Assembly (NCBI RefSeq): GCF_006345805.1 | Contig: NC_043006.1 | Coordinates: 55,862,001 to 55,926,000 of the forward strand | Length of the DNA: 64,000 nucleotides | Source: Octopus sinensis | Taxonomy: Eukaryota | Direction of reading: 5' to 3' | Shown here: positions 1-14,112 of the stretch, in pieces | Numbering within the stretch: position 1 is the stretch's first letter | How the letters are laid out: every line of letters starts with the position of its first letter | The notes under the pieces: generated by a model | Told to the model about the DNA's origin: nothing | The model's input: the letters and a program-made list of their open reading frames with translations, nothing else | Database searches by the model: none | Translations under genes and position numbers: made by a program

Positions 1-336
1 CGAGAATCTTGGCGGCTTAAGTCAGCGATAGAAGAAAAAGGACCATCTTCGGTTTCAAGACGGAAGGTGTTCTTCTATCAGGATAATGCTTGGTCACATA
101 CAGCGAGGATGACATTATAAAGACTGGAGCAGTTTGAATGGGAAACGATGCCCCACCCACAACATTCGCCGGATATTGTTCCTTGTGATTATCATTTATT
201 CTGCCGTCTTCAAAATCATTTGTACGGAAAATATGAATTCTGTAGACGAGATCAGAACAGTACAGGAGTAGTATTTTCGTCACGGAGAAGTGAATTTTTG
301 AAGAGAGGCTACCAAATAGATGGAATAGCATTGTAG
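1..336 (+). mobile_element. Degenerate mariner transposase C-terminal fragment
   Basis: Translates to QDNAWSHTARMT..EWETMPHPQHSPDIVPCDYHLF, matching mariner HDNARPH and HPPYSPDLAPSDY motifs; contains an in-frame stop. Confidence 0.85.
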
Positions 337-1017
337 AAAATGAAGGATAGCATAGTTTAACTTAAAAAAGAACTTTGTTTATCTAAATTTTGAAAAATTA
401 AAAGAAGGAAAAGACGCATTTTTATGGGATGACCGAAAATATATGTATGTACGTATGTATGTATGTATGTATGTATGCATCACTTAATGCACACAGTATA
501 AAGATACGAGCTCCTGATAATTTTGTGCATTTGAAACGCGAATCTAGGCAGGTTTTTATAACACACCTCGTGTTATAGATCAGCCTAGACTCGCGCCTCC
601 AATACATGAAACAAATAATAGCTTCTGCCTTTATACTGTGTACATTAAATGACATTTACCTCTAACTGGATGGAATACCGTTTTGTTGATCTTAACTGAA
701 CAGAACAGTAAACTCGTTTTCTTTCTCTCTCTCTCTCTCTCTCTCATTCTCTCAATACACACAAACATATACATATATATGATCAGATGTTTCGTATAAC
801 AGTATACAAATTTTAAATATTTTTGATACATGTAACAATGTGCATGATGTTAGAAAATTTAGAATATAAACATAATTTCATATATAGTATTTTCAAATGT
901 ACATGTGCGCACAAACCCACCCATGTGCGTGCGTGCGTGTGTGTATGTATGTGTATATGTATTAAATATATGTGTATGTAAAGAAAAATAGGTAAAAAGA
1001 AGGATACATACACACAC

Positions 1018-1052
<35 letters not shown>

Positions 1053-1059
1053 ATATATA

Positions 1060-1097
<38 letters not shown>

Positions 1098-1098
1098 A

Positions 1099-1205
<107 letters not shown>

Positions 1206-1247
1206 AGTATATATATATATATATTATATATATATATATGTATATAA

Positions 1248-1318
<71 letters not shown>

Positions 1319-1500
1319 TATCTAGCAGAAGTAATAGACTGACTCAATTTCCGACAGTTTCGTGCTTTGGCATGACTGTACATATAGATAGATAAATAGG
1401 TAGATTTTTACCTTGTTTTTCATGCAGTACCCACGCATTCAGTACTCCCAGTAATAAACAAAATGCTTCAACTGTATAGGGAAGACAAATTCATATGCAT

Positions 1501-1532
<32 letters not shown>

Positions 1533-2010
1533 GAATATATATATATATATATTGGTATAATGACAAAAACCTTTATAGTAGGAATCTTTATAGTAGAAGC
1601 GGCATGGAGGCGGGGTTGTCTGTGAGGTAGAGAATAAGTGAACATGTGAGCGAGGGAGGGAGAGAGGGAACCAGAATGCACGTGTCTATAAGAAGTGAAA
1701 GGACTATAGTTTAGTGGGAGGAAAAAGAAATGTTATAGAATGATGAAGAGAGAGGATGAGTGTTGAGTAAAGAAGAGAACGAGAGGTAAAGAATATAAGA
1801 GTGATGCATCAGTTCAGAGAGAGAGAGAAGGGGGGGGAGAGAAGGGGGAGAAGAGAGAAATGAGGAAATGTTGAGAAGGGAGCGGAAGGAGAGGAAGAGT
1901 TAGGAATGGTTAGGAGGAGAAACAGAATGGGTGTGAGGGGAGATGGTGAAAGAGAGGAGTAAGGAACAGAGTGATAATGAATAACGGAATGATGATCTGC
2001 GAGTGATTGC

Positions 2011-2046
<36 letters not shown>

Positions 2047-2209
2047 GAGAGAAAGAGAGATGGCTGGCGGAAAGTGAAGTGAAGATAAGGAGTGTTAGGA
2101 TATATACGTATATGTGTGTGTGTGTGTGGGTATATGTATATGAAGATGTGTGCATGTATATATATATATATATAGAGAGAGAGAGATGGGTAAATGGATA
2201 GATAGATAG

Positions 2210-2256
<47 letters not shown>

Positions 2257-2400
2257 TACAGGATACAGTGTACAGAAAATAGAAAAGAAAGTATAAGTGT
2301 AAGTAAATGAAAAAGAACGTGAAGTTAGAAGTTAATGCTGCAAGTACAGGCAGGGAGTATATGATGAAGAGAGAGAGGAAAGGAAAGGGAGAGAGAGAAT

Positions 2401-2501
<101 letters not shown>

Positions 2502-2935
2502 GGGTGAGGGAAAGATTGAAAAAATATCAGGTGAGGGTTGAGAAATAGACAGAGAGACGAATTGGAGGCAAGTGTGGAGAAATGTAAGAGAAGCAAAGAA
2601 ACAAAGGCAAGAAAAAGACGGTGGGTGGGGGGGGGAGAAGAAAGAGATAGAAACATGCATAATAGGGTAGCCTTCCACCACATCAGTATACAAAAACAAA
2701 TATATATAGACAGATAAATAGACGGATACATAGACAGATGGCTGGACTAGAGAAAAGAGAGAGGGAGATACGCAACGAGAAAAAATAGTGAGGAAGACAG
2801 GCTGAAAGTTTGAAGGCCAATGTGTGTGTGTGTATGTGTGTGTCCCCAGTATACTTATCTTTCTATAGCATAGAAACACACACATACACACACATACATA
2901 CATGCATAAATATATATATATATATATATAAAGGG

Positions 2936-3081
2936 TAAGATAACAAAAGTAAGAGACCTCGATATTATGTAAGTAGAGGAATTTATCTGTTTATGTAATA
3001 TGTGACAATTATTCGGTAGCCATGATAAAACTCCGAGTTTCGGATGCCGAGGTGCAAATCCACGCCGCCATCGCCTCAGTT
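2936..3081 (-). mobile_element. Truncated copy of a hammerhead-bearing PLE-type 3' tail
   Basis: Highly similar to 33732-33885; its 3' end abuts (TA)n. Confidence 0.65.
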
Positions 3082-3170
3082 TGTACACACACACATATAT
3101 ATATATATATACACACATAGATATATATACATACACATATATATGTATATATATTCATACACACATATAT

Positions 3171-3379
3171 TACTCTTTACTCTTTTACTTGTTTCAGTCA
3201 TTTGACTGCGACCATGCTGGAGCACCGCCTTTAGTCGAGCAAATCGCTCCCGGGACTTATTCTTTGTAAGCCCAGTACATATTCTATCGGTCTCTTTTGC
3301 CTAACCGCTAAGTGACGGGGACGTAAACACACCAGCATCGGTTGTCAAGCAATGCTAGGGGACAAACACAGACACACAA

Positions 3380-3455
<76 letters not shown>

Positions 3456-3603
3456 CAGGCTTCTTTCAGTTTCCGTCTACCAAATCCACTCACAAGGTAT
3501 TGGTCGGCCCGGGGCTATAGCAGAAGATACTTGCCCAAGATGCCACGCAGTGGGACTGAACCCGCAACCATGTGGTTGGTTAGCAAGCTACTTACCACGC
3601 AGC
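3171..3603 (-). mobile_element. tRNA-derived SINE, family 1 (head, internal (TA)n/(TG)n, conserved tail)
   Basis: tRNA-like head GGCGCAGGAGTGGCTGTGTGGTAAG...GGTTCAGTCCC and tail GCATGGCCGCAGTCAAATGACTGAAACAAGTAAAAGAG recur many times in the window. Partial copies lie near 3950, 4381, 8350, 9950, 10600, 21820, 31870, 43620, 54150-54930 and 55760. Confidence 0.9.
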
Positions 3604-4920
3604 ATACATATATATATGTAATTATATATATATGTATATCTATTTATATATCTATCTAAACTCCGAGTAACAGGTTTTGTTGAATTTCTGCTGCTTTTAA
3701 ATAAAGTATATATATATATATATGGGTAAAGATAGATGGTTCGGCTGGTGATCACGCACGCATGCTCATATATATATATATACACAGAGAGTGATTGACC
3801 GTGAGTAGAATCGAAAGTTCATTTATGAAAGTACATCCAAAAGGTATCGTCTGTTAGAACAGTAAAAGAATAAACGGCACCAACGTAAACAATAAGCACA
3901 CATGCACGCACACATACACACACACACACACGCATACACACACACGCACGAAAAGCTTCCCTACGAGTTCTGTCAACCAAATTCACTCACGATTGTTTTC
4001 TCAGCCAGAGGTTATAGTTGCAGACACTTGCTTGAAGTACCACGCAGTTGGACTGAACCAAGAACCATGTTGTTGGAAAACGAATTTCTTAACCATACGA
4101 CCAAGTCGATGTTTGTTTGTTTGCGCGCGACTGTCTAGAATATTTTGCTCCAGACCATTGCGTCGTGAATTCGATTACCGGCAGTACATTGCATCCTTGA
4201 GCAAGACACTTTATTTCATGTTACTCTAGTACATTCAGCTGGTATCAATGAGTAGTACCCGTATTTCAAAGTGCTAACTTTGTTTCATTCTGCGTCACGC
4301 TGAATTACCCTGAGAACTATGTTAAGTTTACGCGTTTGCGGAGTGCTCAGCTACTTGCACCTTAATTTCACGGGCAGGATGTTGCATCGGCGTGGCTGTG
4401 TGGTAAGAAGCTTGCTTCCTAACCGCATGGTTCCCGGTTCAGTTCCACCGTGTGGTACCTTGGGCAAACGTCTTCTGCTAGAGCTCCGGGCTGACCAAAG
4501 CCTTGTGAGTGGATTTGGTAGACGGAAACACATTGAAGCCTGTCGTGTATATATATTATTAATATGTGTGTGTGTGTATGTGTGTGTATCAGGTTATGTA
4601 AAAAAATAAGCAACGTTTGGAACTATGAAGAATTTGTACCGGATTTTTGCAGAGCTTTGAAATTTTTAAAGCATTTTTTTGGAATTGTCTGATAATACAG
4701 TCATAGACCTGCCTAAATGCATCAATAAATTAACATTGATTGTAATTTCCAGCGTAATTACAATCATTTGTGACAGAATTGATCGTGAATTTTGCTTGTG
4801 CGGAAGGTTAGTCTGAGTTGTATTTCTTACTAATTGTAGTGTCTTGAGACACTTGTTTTGGTGCCTTATGGCAGTTTTGTTAGAGCTGTCCCTTTGTTTG
4901 AAGGGGGAAGCGCTGTTAAA

Positions 4921-6187
4921 ATGGAGAGAATTAGTTACTCAGACCTGTCGCCGTCTGAGGAGGAGCTGCTGAAATGTCTAGACGAAATAGAGAGTGAGAC
5001 GAAAAGGAGTTTTGCAGACGCAGTGAGACGGTAGTCTGAAGATGTGTGTTTGAAGTGAAAGATTCCAAGAAATGATGAAAAGGGAGAGGAACAACGTCAA
5101 GGAATCCCCTCCCAGGGAAACTACCGAAAGGACAGCCAAAGCATCGGTGTTGTATAAAATATACAACGTAAGACTGCATCGGATAGAGGTGGCTATGAGA
5201 GCTGCGGCCCATTTGGAAAGAAGTGGATTGCCTACCTAGAGGGAGAAAGTTCGCAACGGTGGAAGTGCGGTTTGCGTCCGAGGCTGTGGCTAGACAGCAT
5301 GCCGTTACTTCCCCCAAGACGGAAGAGGTGCTCCTGCTACCCTAGAGAAGACGTGCTTCTCGGATAATAGTAAATAAGATCCTCCTGAAGTGGATGTTGC
5401 CTGGTTGGTAGCCGCCATCCTATTTAGCACGGAGGACCAGATTGCGGTCCTCCAGGAAAAAGGAATGCCGACAAGAAATTGGCAAGAGCAGAGCCTGGAA
5501 ATGGTGAGCCAGGCCGTCTCGAGATATTTAGAAAAGATGGGGGAGACCATCACGGTCGACGAGGGCATCAAGTTGAGAGTCATGGTGGAGGGCAGGACGC
5601 CTAGATGTTTTATGTGTAGGGGAAAAAGGCCTCATTAAGGAAGAATGTTCTCCACCCAGTGCAAAGGAACCAAAATAAAAAGTCGCACCTCCGCCTCAGG
5701 TCAAGTCATCTACAAGCGAGGAGGAGCCTGGGAAGGAAGAAGAGCAGGAATGGACACAAGCTAAAAGGAGGAGGAAAAAATGTGAATCCTGACTGTCACA
5801 CCCTCCTCCTGCTGTTACCAATCTTCTCCTTGCCCCCTCCTGATACCGACAATAACGCAAACGGCAGGTCCCCAAAACTTCCCAACCTGCACCCCCCCCC
5901 CAAATTGTTTTGGCTTAATGGAAAACTGTGGGACACAAACATTGGACACAGGCGTGACAGCAAACGCAAGTAAGTTGCTGTCTAATTTAAACTACCTTAA
6001 TGATAAATTTATAAAAATAGTAAAAGAAAATGTGTAAATGAAGTCACTCAGATGTGGGGTCGAGTGGCTTCATTCCGTTTGATTATTCATTTTTTCCTTT
6101 TTCCCATTCGTTTGTCTTTTTTCGCCCCCATTTATATATTTGTATTTGTCCCTCTGTGTTTAGCCCCTTGTGGGTAATAAAAAAATC
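4921..6187 (+). mobile_element. Degenerate LINE ORF1-like (gag-knuckle) element with no ORF2 and a SINE-shared 3' tail
   Basis: MERISYSDL..SFADAVRR; KFATVEVRF..KTEEVLLLP..VDVAWLVAAI..VMVEGRTPRCFMC followed by a frameshifted knuckle; 3' end matches the SINE family 2 tail. Confidence 0.65.
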
Positions 6188-6699
6188 GTTCTTACAATCA
6201 CCTGGGCCGACTTGATCGTGAATGTTGTTTGTGCGTTGTTCGAAATGTTTGGCATAAGTTTAATAGATAATTTGTTGAATTTACACTGTTGGATTGTTAC
6301 GTGGTTGAAATTTTGTTTAATGTCTTTTGTAAAACATCCTATTTCTTTGCTTGAGGCAGCGTTTTGATAACTTTTTCCCTCCTTGCGTGAAGGGGAAAAA
6401 TATTGTTATATTGTGTGGAAAAAAACATACAAAACATGGATAAATTGTTAAAAAATGGTAATAAACCTGGTACAAATTCTTGGGAGAGTGCCAAAAGCAT
6501 ATAAAACAATACAATATTGATAAAAATGCCGGCTGGAGAAGATTTTATGCAGGAAAAAAAGGCAACAATTTTGAAGCAGTAGCTACTGTTTCAAAAAAAA
6601 GTTGATTAACTACGGAAGTGACGAGTTAGGAAACTATAAAGGAAGGATGAAAAGGAGGGGAGCGAAACTGTGATTACCCTTCCCAGTAAAACCACTCAT

Positions 6700-7200
6700 A
6701 ATGCATTACGATGCACAGTCATTTACAAGTCGTTTGTTGTAAAAACAAAAAAAGGGCAAAACAGAAAAAAAGTAAGGAGTCGGTGGAGCAGTGCCTCCGT
6801 CCAGTTTGGAATGACTTGGCAAACATCACAAGAGAAGTGAAGTATGCCACAATAAAAGTCAGGTTTAAAACGGGAAAAAAAGTGAAAGAAGCGTCGACGA
6901 CATCATTAAAAACCACGGAGGTCGTACTCCTACCTACTTATCTTGGAAGGCAGACTTCTAAGTTTAAGGTAGGAGACATCCCATCCAAAATAGACCCCAC
7001 TTGGCTGGTGGCAACCATAATAAACTGCTTGGAGGATAAAATCACAATCCTCCAAGCCCAAGCGCTGGAATTGCAAAACAGGCAGGGGCAAGGTCTCGAG
7101 ATGATTATACAGGCAGCCCCTGCTGATTTAGAAAACATCATAGATTGTACACGGATGGGGGAGACGAAGCTGAGCGTCATGGAAGATGACATCCTCCCCG
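6700..7200 (+). mobile_element. Second, diverged ORF1-like fragment
   Basis: KYATIKVRF/KTTEVVLLP/DPTWLVATI/EDKITILQ aligns by eye with the 4921 element; cut off by the mariner at ~7237. Confidence 0.65.
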
Positions 7201-7236
7201 TGGGCAATAAAGAAATCGTTGTGACAATCAACTGAA

Positions 7237-8331
7237 ATGGAACTGTTAAAGCGGGATATTCAAGCAATTTTGCTATTCAACTTCAAAAAAGGACGTAAAG
7301 CAACTGAAACTGCTCGCGATATCAACGAAACGTTTGGTGATGAAATAACCAGTGATTGGTCAGCTCGAAAATGATTTAAACGATTTCGCAGTGGAGATTT
7401 GAACCTTGAAGATCGTGAGCAAAGTGGACGCTCATCTGTCATCGATGACGGTCAATTAAACACCGTCATTGAGAAAGATCCACGAAAAACCACTCGAGAA
7501 CTGGCAAAAGAACTTCAAGTTAGCCAGAAAACTGCCTGCATTTGCATGCGATCGGAAAATCAAAAGAGCCCTACAAATGTGTACTACACGATTTCAACGA
7601 AATTCAGAAAATGCGCAGATATGAAATTTGTTCGTCGCTTCTTCTCCGTAAACAGACTGATCCATTTCTCGACCGTACTGTGATTTGCGATGAAGAACAG
7701 ATTATGTAGAATAGTAATAAACGTTCTTTGCAGAGGTTGGACCAAAATGAAACACCAAAAACCTTCCATAAACCTCTGCCCTTCAAAAAGAAGGTTAATG
7801 GTGACTGTTTGTTGGTGTACTGCTGGAGTCATTCACTTCTTAAAACCCAGAAAAACCATTACTGCAGAAACATATTGCCAGAAATTGCCAAAATCTACGA
7901 AAAACTGACACTCCTACGTCACAGACTGGTCAATAGAAGGGGGCCAATCATTCTTCATGACAATGCTCGACCACAGGTTTCATTAATGAGGCTCCAGAAA
8001 TTGAGGGAGGTTGGCTACGAAATTCTTCCTCACCCAGCTTGTTCCCCAGACCTTTCTCCTACCGACTATCGCTCTTTCAAGCCCCTTGATGGTTTTCTGC
8101 GAGAGGAGGAGTTAAAAAATCAAGCCGGCGCTGAGAGTGCATACAAAGAGTTCATCAGCTCCAGAACTCCAGATTTTTATGTTACTGGAATAAACAAACT
8201 TGTAGCTCGTTGGCAAAATGTTTTGATTGTAATGGTGCTTACTTTAATAAATAAAATGTCCGAATATTTTGAAATATATTGTGATAAATTTCATGTTTCA
8301 AAACGTTGCTTACTTTTTATTCTGCCTGATA
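7237..8331 (+). mobile_element. Degenerate mariner (Hsmar1/SETMAR-like) element
   Basis: LFNFKKGRKATETARDIN HTH region, FLDRTVICDE, HDNARP and HPACSPDLSPTDY motifs; frameshifted; ends ...TTTTATTCTGCCTGATA (probable 3' TIR). Confidence 0.92.
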
Positions 8332-9105
8332 TATATATGTATGTATGTTTACATTTATAAGTGTGTGCATTTGTGTCTGTGTTAGTTTCCACCCCCATCG
8401 CTTGACAACAGATATTGGTGTGTTTACATCCCTGTAAATCAGCGGTTCAGCGAAAGTGACCGATAAAGCAAGTACTAAGCTTGTTGTAAAGAATAAGTCC
8501 TGGGGTCGATTTGCTCTACTAAAACCCTTTAAGGCGGTGCTCCAATAGGACCGCAGACAACTGACTGAAACAAATAAAAGAATAAAATAACATATATATA
8601 TATGTATGTATATGGAGAGAGAGAGGGAGAGGAAGAGACAGAATGAGAGGAAGGGAGAGAAAGAGAGATAGATAGATTGATAGAGAGAGAGAGAGAGGGA
8701 GGGAGAGAGATAGAGAGCGGGGGGTGATTTATTTATTAGCATGTTACTCATATGATGAGTGAATACGGAAATAAACTTTTACCATCATGGATAATATCAG
8801 GTAAATATTTATTGCTTTAAAATAAAATTAATAAAACACATTTCTCATTTGTATGACTCGCGCCATATCTACTCATTTATTCCCTTTCATTCCCCTTTGT
8901 CTCTATGATTCTTTCTATCTCACTGTGTGTGTGCATGTGTATGTGTGTGCGTGTGTACGTGTGTACGGGCGTGCATGCGTGTGTATGTGTAGCGTTCCTG
9001 CCACAATTCCTAATATGCGCACTCATCCTGAATTTGTTATAACTCTTTCTGTATCTCTCTTTTATTCTCTTCCCACTCTTTACGATGTAAAGCGTTGCAA
9101 GAGAA

Positions 9106-9785
9106 ACCAGCCAACCAACCAACCAACCAACCAGCCAGCCAGCCAACCAACCGACCGACCAACACACCAACCAACCAGCCAACCAACCAACCAACCAACC
9201 AACCAACCAACCAACCAACCAACCAACCAACCAACCAGCCAACCATCCAACCAACCAACCAACCAACCAACCAACCAACCAACCAGCCAGCCAACCAACC
9301 AACCAGCCAGCCAACCAACCAACCGACCGACCAACACACCAACCAACCAGCCAACCAACCAACCAACCAACCAGCCAACCAACCAACCAACCAACCAACC
9401 AACCAACCAGCCAACCAGCCAACCAACCAACCAACCAACCAACCAACCAACCAGCCAGCCAACCAACCAACCAACCAACCAGCCAACCAACCAACCAACC
9501 AACCAGCCAACCAACCAACCAACCAACCAACCAACCAACCAACCAACCAGCCAACTAGCCAACCAACCAACCAACCAACCAACCAACCAGCCAGCCAACC
9601 AACCAACCAACCAACCAGCCAACCAACCAACCAACCAACCAGCCAACCAACCAACCAACCAACCAACCAACCAACCAACCAACCAACCAACCAGCCAACC
9701 AACCAACCAACCAACCAACCAACCAACCAACCAAGCAACCAACCAACCAACCAACCAACCAATCAACCAACCAACCAACCAGCCA
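9106..9785. repeat. (CCAA)n/(CCAG) tetranucleotide array, ~680 bp
   Basis: Seen directly; source of the spurious QPTN and GWLV ORFs. Confidence 0.98.
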
Positions 9786-10176
9786 GGTTTTATATGGACA
9801 ATTATTGTAAAGAGGGATTCTCTTACTGATTTCAGTAGTTTGGCTGTCCACATTTCGGTGTATGTGTGTGTGTGTGTATGTGTGTGTGTGTGTGTGAGGA
9901 GAGCTTTAAATGTTTAATCAATCACATCAACAATATCTTTTATCATTTGCCCTTATTTGTTTCAGTCAAATGACTGCGGCCTTGCAGGGGCTTCTTCACC
10001 TTGAGGTGTTCAGTTAAACTAATTGGCTCCAGTATTTATATTTGAAAGTTTGGCTCCTATTCTAGGAGTACTATTGCCGAACCGCTAAGGTACGTAGACG
10101 TAAACAAGCCAACATCGGTTGTCAAGCATTGAGGGACACGCACACGAGGATAAGTGCGCGTAAACACACACACGCC

Positions 10177-10222
<46 letters not shown>

Positions 10223-10458
10223 CAAATGACGTGCTTCCGCAGTTTCCGTCTACCATATTCATTCACAAGGCATCGGTCCACCTGGGGCTCTGGTAGAAGA
10301 TACTTTTCCTAGGTGATGCACTATAAGACTAAACCCAAAACCAAGCGATTACAAATCAACCTTCCTGATCATATAGTCAACTATGCTACCTCTGTTTATA
10401 GGACATTAAGGAGAACACGTTTAAATTAGTATAAACGTGGAAATAAATATTCATCTTT

Positions 10459-10498
<40 letters not shown>

Positions 10499-10794
10499 CT
10501 TACCTGTATATAGTATATTTATATTTTGGTGACCTCTCTCGATTTTGTTTCCTCATAGCTTTCTGAAAATCTTTTGTCTTTTTTCTTTTATCTTTTAATT
10601 GTTTCAGTCATTTGACTGCAGTCATGCTGGAGCATGGCTTTTGAAAGGTTTTAATCAAAACAAATCGACTCCAGGATATTCTTCATAAAGCCTGGTACTT
10701 ATTCTATATTCTATCGGTCTCTACGCCAGCACCGGTTGTCAAGTTGTGGAGGATGACAAACACAAAGACGCACGCATGTATACATTGAATACAC

Positions 10795-11915
10795 GAGGCT
10801 GGTAACATCATAAGAACTGGAAGGTAGCTCCTTGAGCAACACTTTTTGTCTGATAACTGAGAATACCTGTCCATCGAAGTCGCACGACTACCCCAATGTA
10901 TCATCAGATGAAAGGATGAGCTTATATGAGCAGAAGACTGTGCATGGATATGTTAGTAGAAAGCTACGTGATGATAGTAACATCGATTATCAAAGCAGTT
11001 TACCATGAACCAATAGCCGGATTACTACTTCCCACTTTGAAGGGTATGCCTTTGCAATCCGGAAACAGGAAATATCAATCGAGTATCTAATGCACAAAAG
11101 GGATAGAGATGCAAGAAAAAATGTAAAATGAGACAACCGATGCAGACTTTGTGTGGGTCACACAGGAGATATCATGCACATCATAAGCAGTTGTCCGAAA
11201 ATGTCATCACGATATTATCTACCGACGAGACGTAAGAGTGTAGCTAGCACATTCTATTATGAAATCCGTCGGGAGGATAATCACGAGAACAAAGAAATAA
11301 AAACCCAGAATATGGTAGAAGCAATAGCCACTCATAATGAAATGGAATACTGGTGGAATGTTCCAGCGAAGATCTCAAATAAAATGTAAGCACAACATAC
11401 CTGAAATAATGGTTTGCATAGAGAAGAGAAGCTGTACACAGTTGGGGTAATTAGCTGCCCAGCGGATGCTAACATAAAGCTGAAAATCAGTGAAAAATAG
11501 AAAACCTACGCTGAACTATTGAGAAATTTGCAGGTACTCTATCTAGATTTCAAGTTAAGGTTTATACCTGTAATTATTGGGGCCCTGGGATAAATAACAC
11601 ACAGCATAAATACCACTCTTGAGAAATTGGGCGTTACAAAACCAGAAAGGAGAAACCTAATTTGAAGACTACAGATTCAGTCCATCTCTGGAACTGTAAA
11701 AATCTGTAAAACTTTCCAGAAGTTTATCATTTAAATATATCTGAGCATGAGAATACATACATAAAACATACAAATCTGCATATGCAGGCATACATACATA
11801 CATATGTACATACAAATAAAAATACCCTGTTGCTGATGTTGAAATTCCAATGAAGGAGTCTTGGATTTAGGTTAGAAACTGGTTCTTTCTCTATTGGCAA
11901 GAAATAAACCGAATA
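10795..11915 (+). mobile_element. R4/Dong-like non-LTR retrotransposon 3' remnant (restriction-like endonuclease type)
   Basis: SHFEGYAFAIRKQEI..RCRLC..HIISSCPKM zinc knuckle, then KTYAELLRNL..IPVIIGALG..GTVKICKTF* (stop ~11732) and a 3' UTR; several stops. Confidence 0.8.
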
Positions 11916-11925
11916 ATGACATACG

Positions 11926-12023
<98 letters not shown>

Positions 12024-12039
12024 CATATTTATATATATA

Positions 12040-12072
<33 letters not shown>

Positions 12073-12073
12073 G

Positions 12074-12150
<77 letters not shown>

Positions 12151-12681
12151 GTGGTGTACAGGACGTTACCAACTGTAAACAACATGAAATACGAAAGCAA
12201 GCGAGTTAAATACGCAAACAACGAGAGAGAAAAAAAATTGAAAACAGGACAAGCAAGACAAAGAACGACCCTTCATCAGTTTTCGACTGTATATCTAATC
12301 CTCATTTCGAGCATTCGACGACAATACGGATGGTCGAGGATGGGAACAAAAATAGGACAGTGGATACATACAAGGAAACCGAACGAAAACAAACATGGAG
12401 GGTCGTTAGACCAGAACGAGGGAGAATTAGTGAACGCTGTAAGAAATATTTTCTTTGAAAAAGAGAAAAGATGGAAGAGAGTGATAGAAGACGTCCAGTT
12501 CCTAGAATGTCGTGTTGGAAAAGAAAGATGGTGACGTGAGGAAAAGAAAGATGGACGATGGTCACATGTGAGCAACGAGAGAGAGAGAGAGAGAGGAAGG
12601 AGAAAAGGGGGAGAGAGAAAGACAGATTGAAAACTGTGAAGGGGAGAAAAAGGGAAGGATATGGGGAAAAACAGTATAAAT

Positions 12682-12722
<41 letters not shown>

Positions 12723-13653
12723 CATATATATATATACATACATACACACACATATTTATATATATGTACCGTATTTGATGGCCTATAAGATGCACGAGTG
12801 CTTAGGATGCACCCTAGCCTAGGCAATACTTTTGTAAAATAAATTACCACTAAAATATTGTTTTAATTCCTCCACTTATCTGTATAACTTTATGTTATTA
12901 CCGGCAATTATAAGCAATTTATTGCATCCACATACGATATAAACATACCGTAGTTGATCATTCACCAATAGATAGCAGCGCACGTTTTGTAAACATACAT
13001 GCCGTTTTGTGCGAGTTTTGAACCGACATTGTTTGTCCCCTCTGTGTTTAGCCCCTTGTGGGTAGTAAAGAAATAGGTATATATGTATACATAGGCGCAG
13101 GGGTGTCTTTGTGGTAATAAGCATGCTTCCCAACCGCATTGGAAAGAACATTGTGAGTGAATTTGGTTGACGAGTGAAATTTTTAAATGTTATTTTGTAT
13201 GTTTCCAATGGTGTAGATTACGATTATGCTGATAACATTAAAAAATAAATTTTGATGAATGATTTTTGGATCATTTTTCATTCCTGCCGACTTTAGTTTT
13301 CTCAGAGCTCTCTTTAATTGCATATTTTCGAATGACATTTTGCAGAAATAGGTTTTTCGAGTGTAGATTATCTAATACTGATGTTTCAAATAAATATCAA
13401 GAAAAACAATGTGAGAAATGCCAAAGTTACGAAAACTGGTGCTAAACAAATTGCGGGTGAGAATAATCTGAAACGCTCACGATGCTTTTTTTTTTTTCTA
13501 AAATTCATTAACATCATAATCATCTACACCCTTGACAACATAACTCTACAGAATTCCGTTAAAAAAATGTACTTTTTTCAGTAAGTCGAGAGGTGGGTAA
13601 CAAGCTACAGATATGCACACACACACACACACACATGTATGTATATACATGTA

Positions 13654-13703
<50 letters not shown>

Positions 13704-13755
13704 TGCACGCTTATTTATATACATATACATACATACATGTTCTCATGTGTGTATG

Positions 13756-13794
<39 letters not shown>

Positions 13795-14112
13795 GCACAC
13801 ACATATCGTTGCTATTATGCAAAACGTCGTTGCTTTCTCAATAAATAAAAAAAATAGTTTCACCATTCCATAGCAAAACCGTTGTACAACACTTTGGCTA
13901 TTTTTGATATCTCGGTATCTGAAGCAGCTGGAGATACGAAGGTTTGGTCAAAAACCGGCTATTGCAAGCAAAAATAGATATTGAAAAAAAAATCGCATTC
14001 GGCTAAATTTGAACATATGACAGTTTAACATAATAGTATCGATATATATATGGTGCTTGCATGCGTGTGTATATATATATGGTGCTTGCATGTGTGTGTG
14101 TATATATATTAA

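Noticed and set aside
9106-9785. CRISPR-like or telomeric array
   Set aside because: No spacers, not TTAGGG, and the context is eukaryotic and interstitial
8853-9917. Long ORFs of QPTN or GWLV repeats (up to 354 aa)
   Set aside because: They are translations of the (CCAA)n array in all frames, with no coding signal
12260-12330. CTGATGA and GAAA on the minus strand
   Set aside because: Motif order and stems do not form a hammerhead
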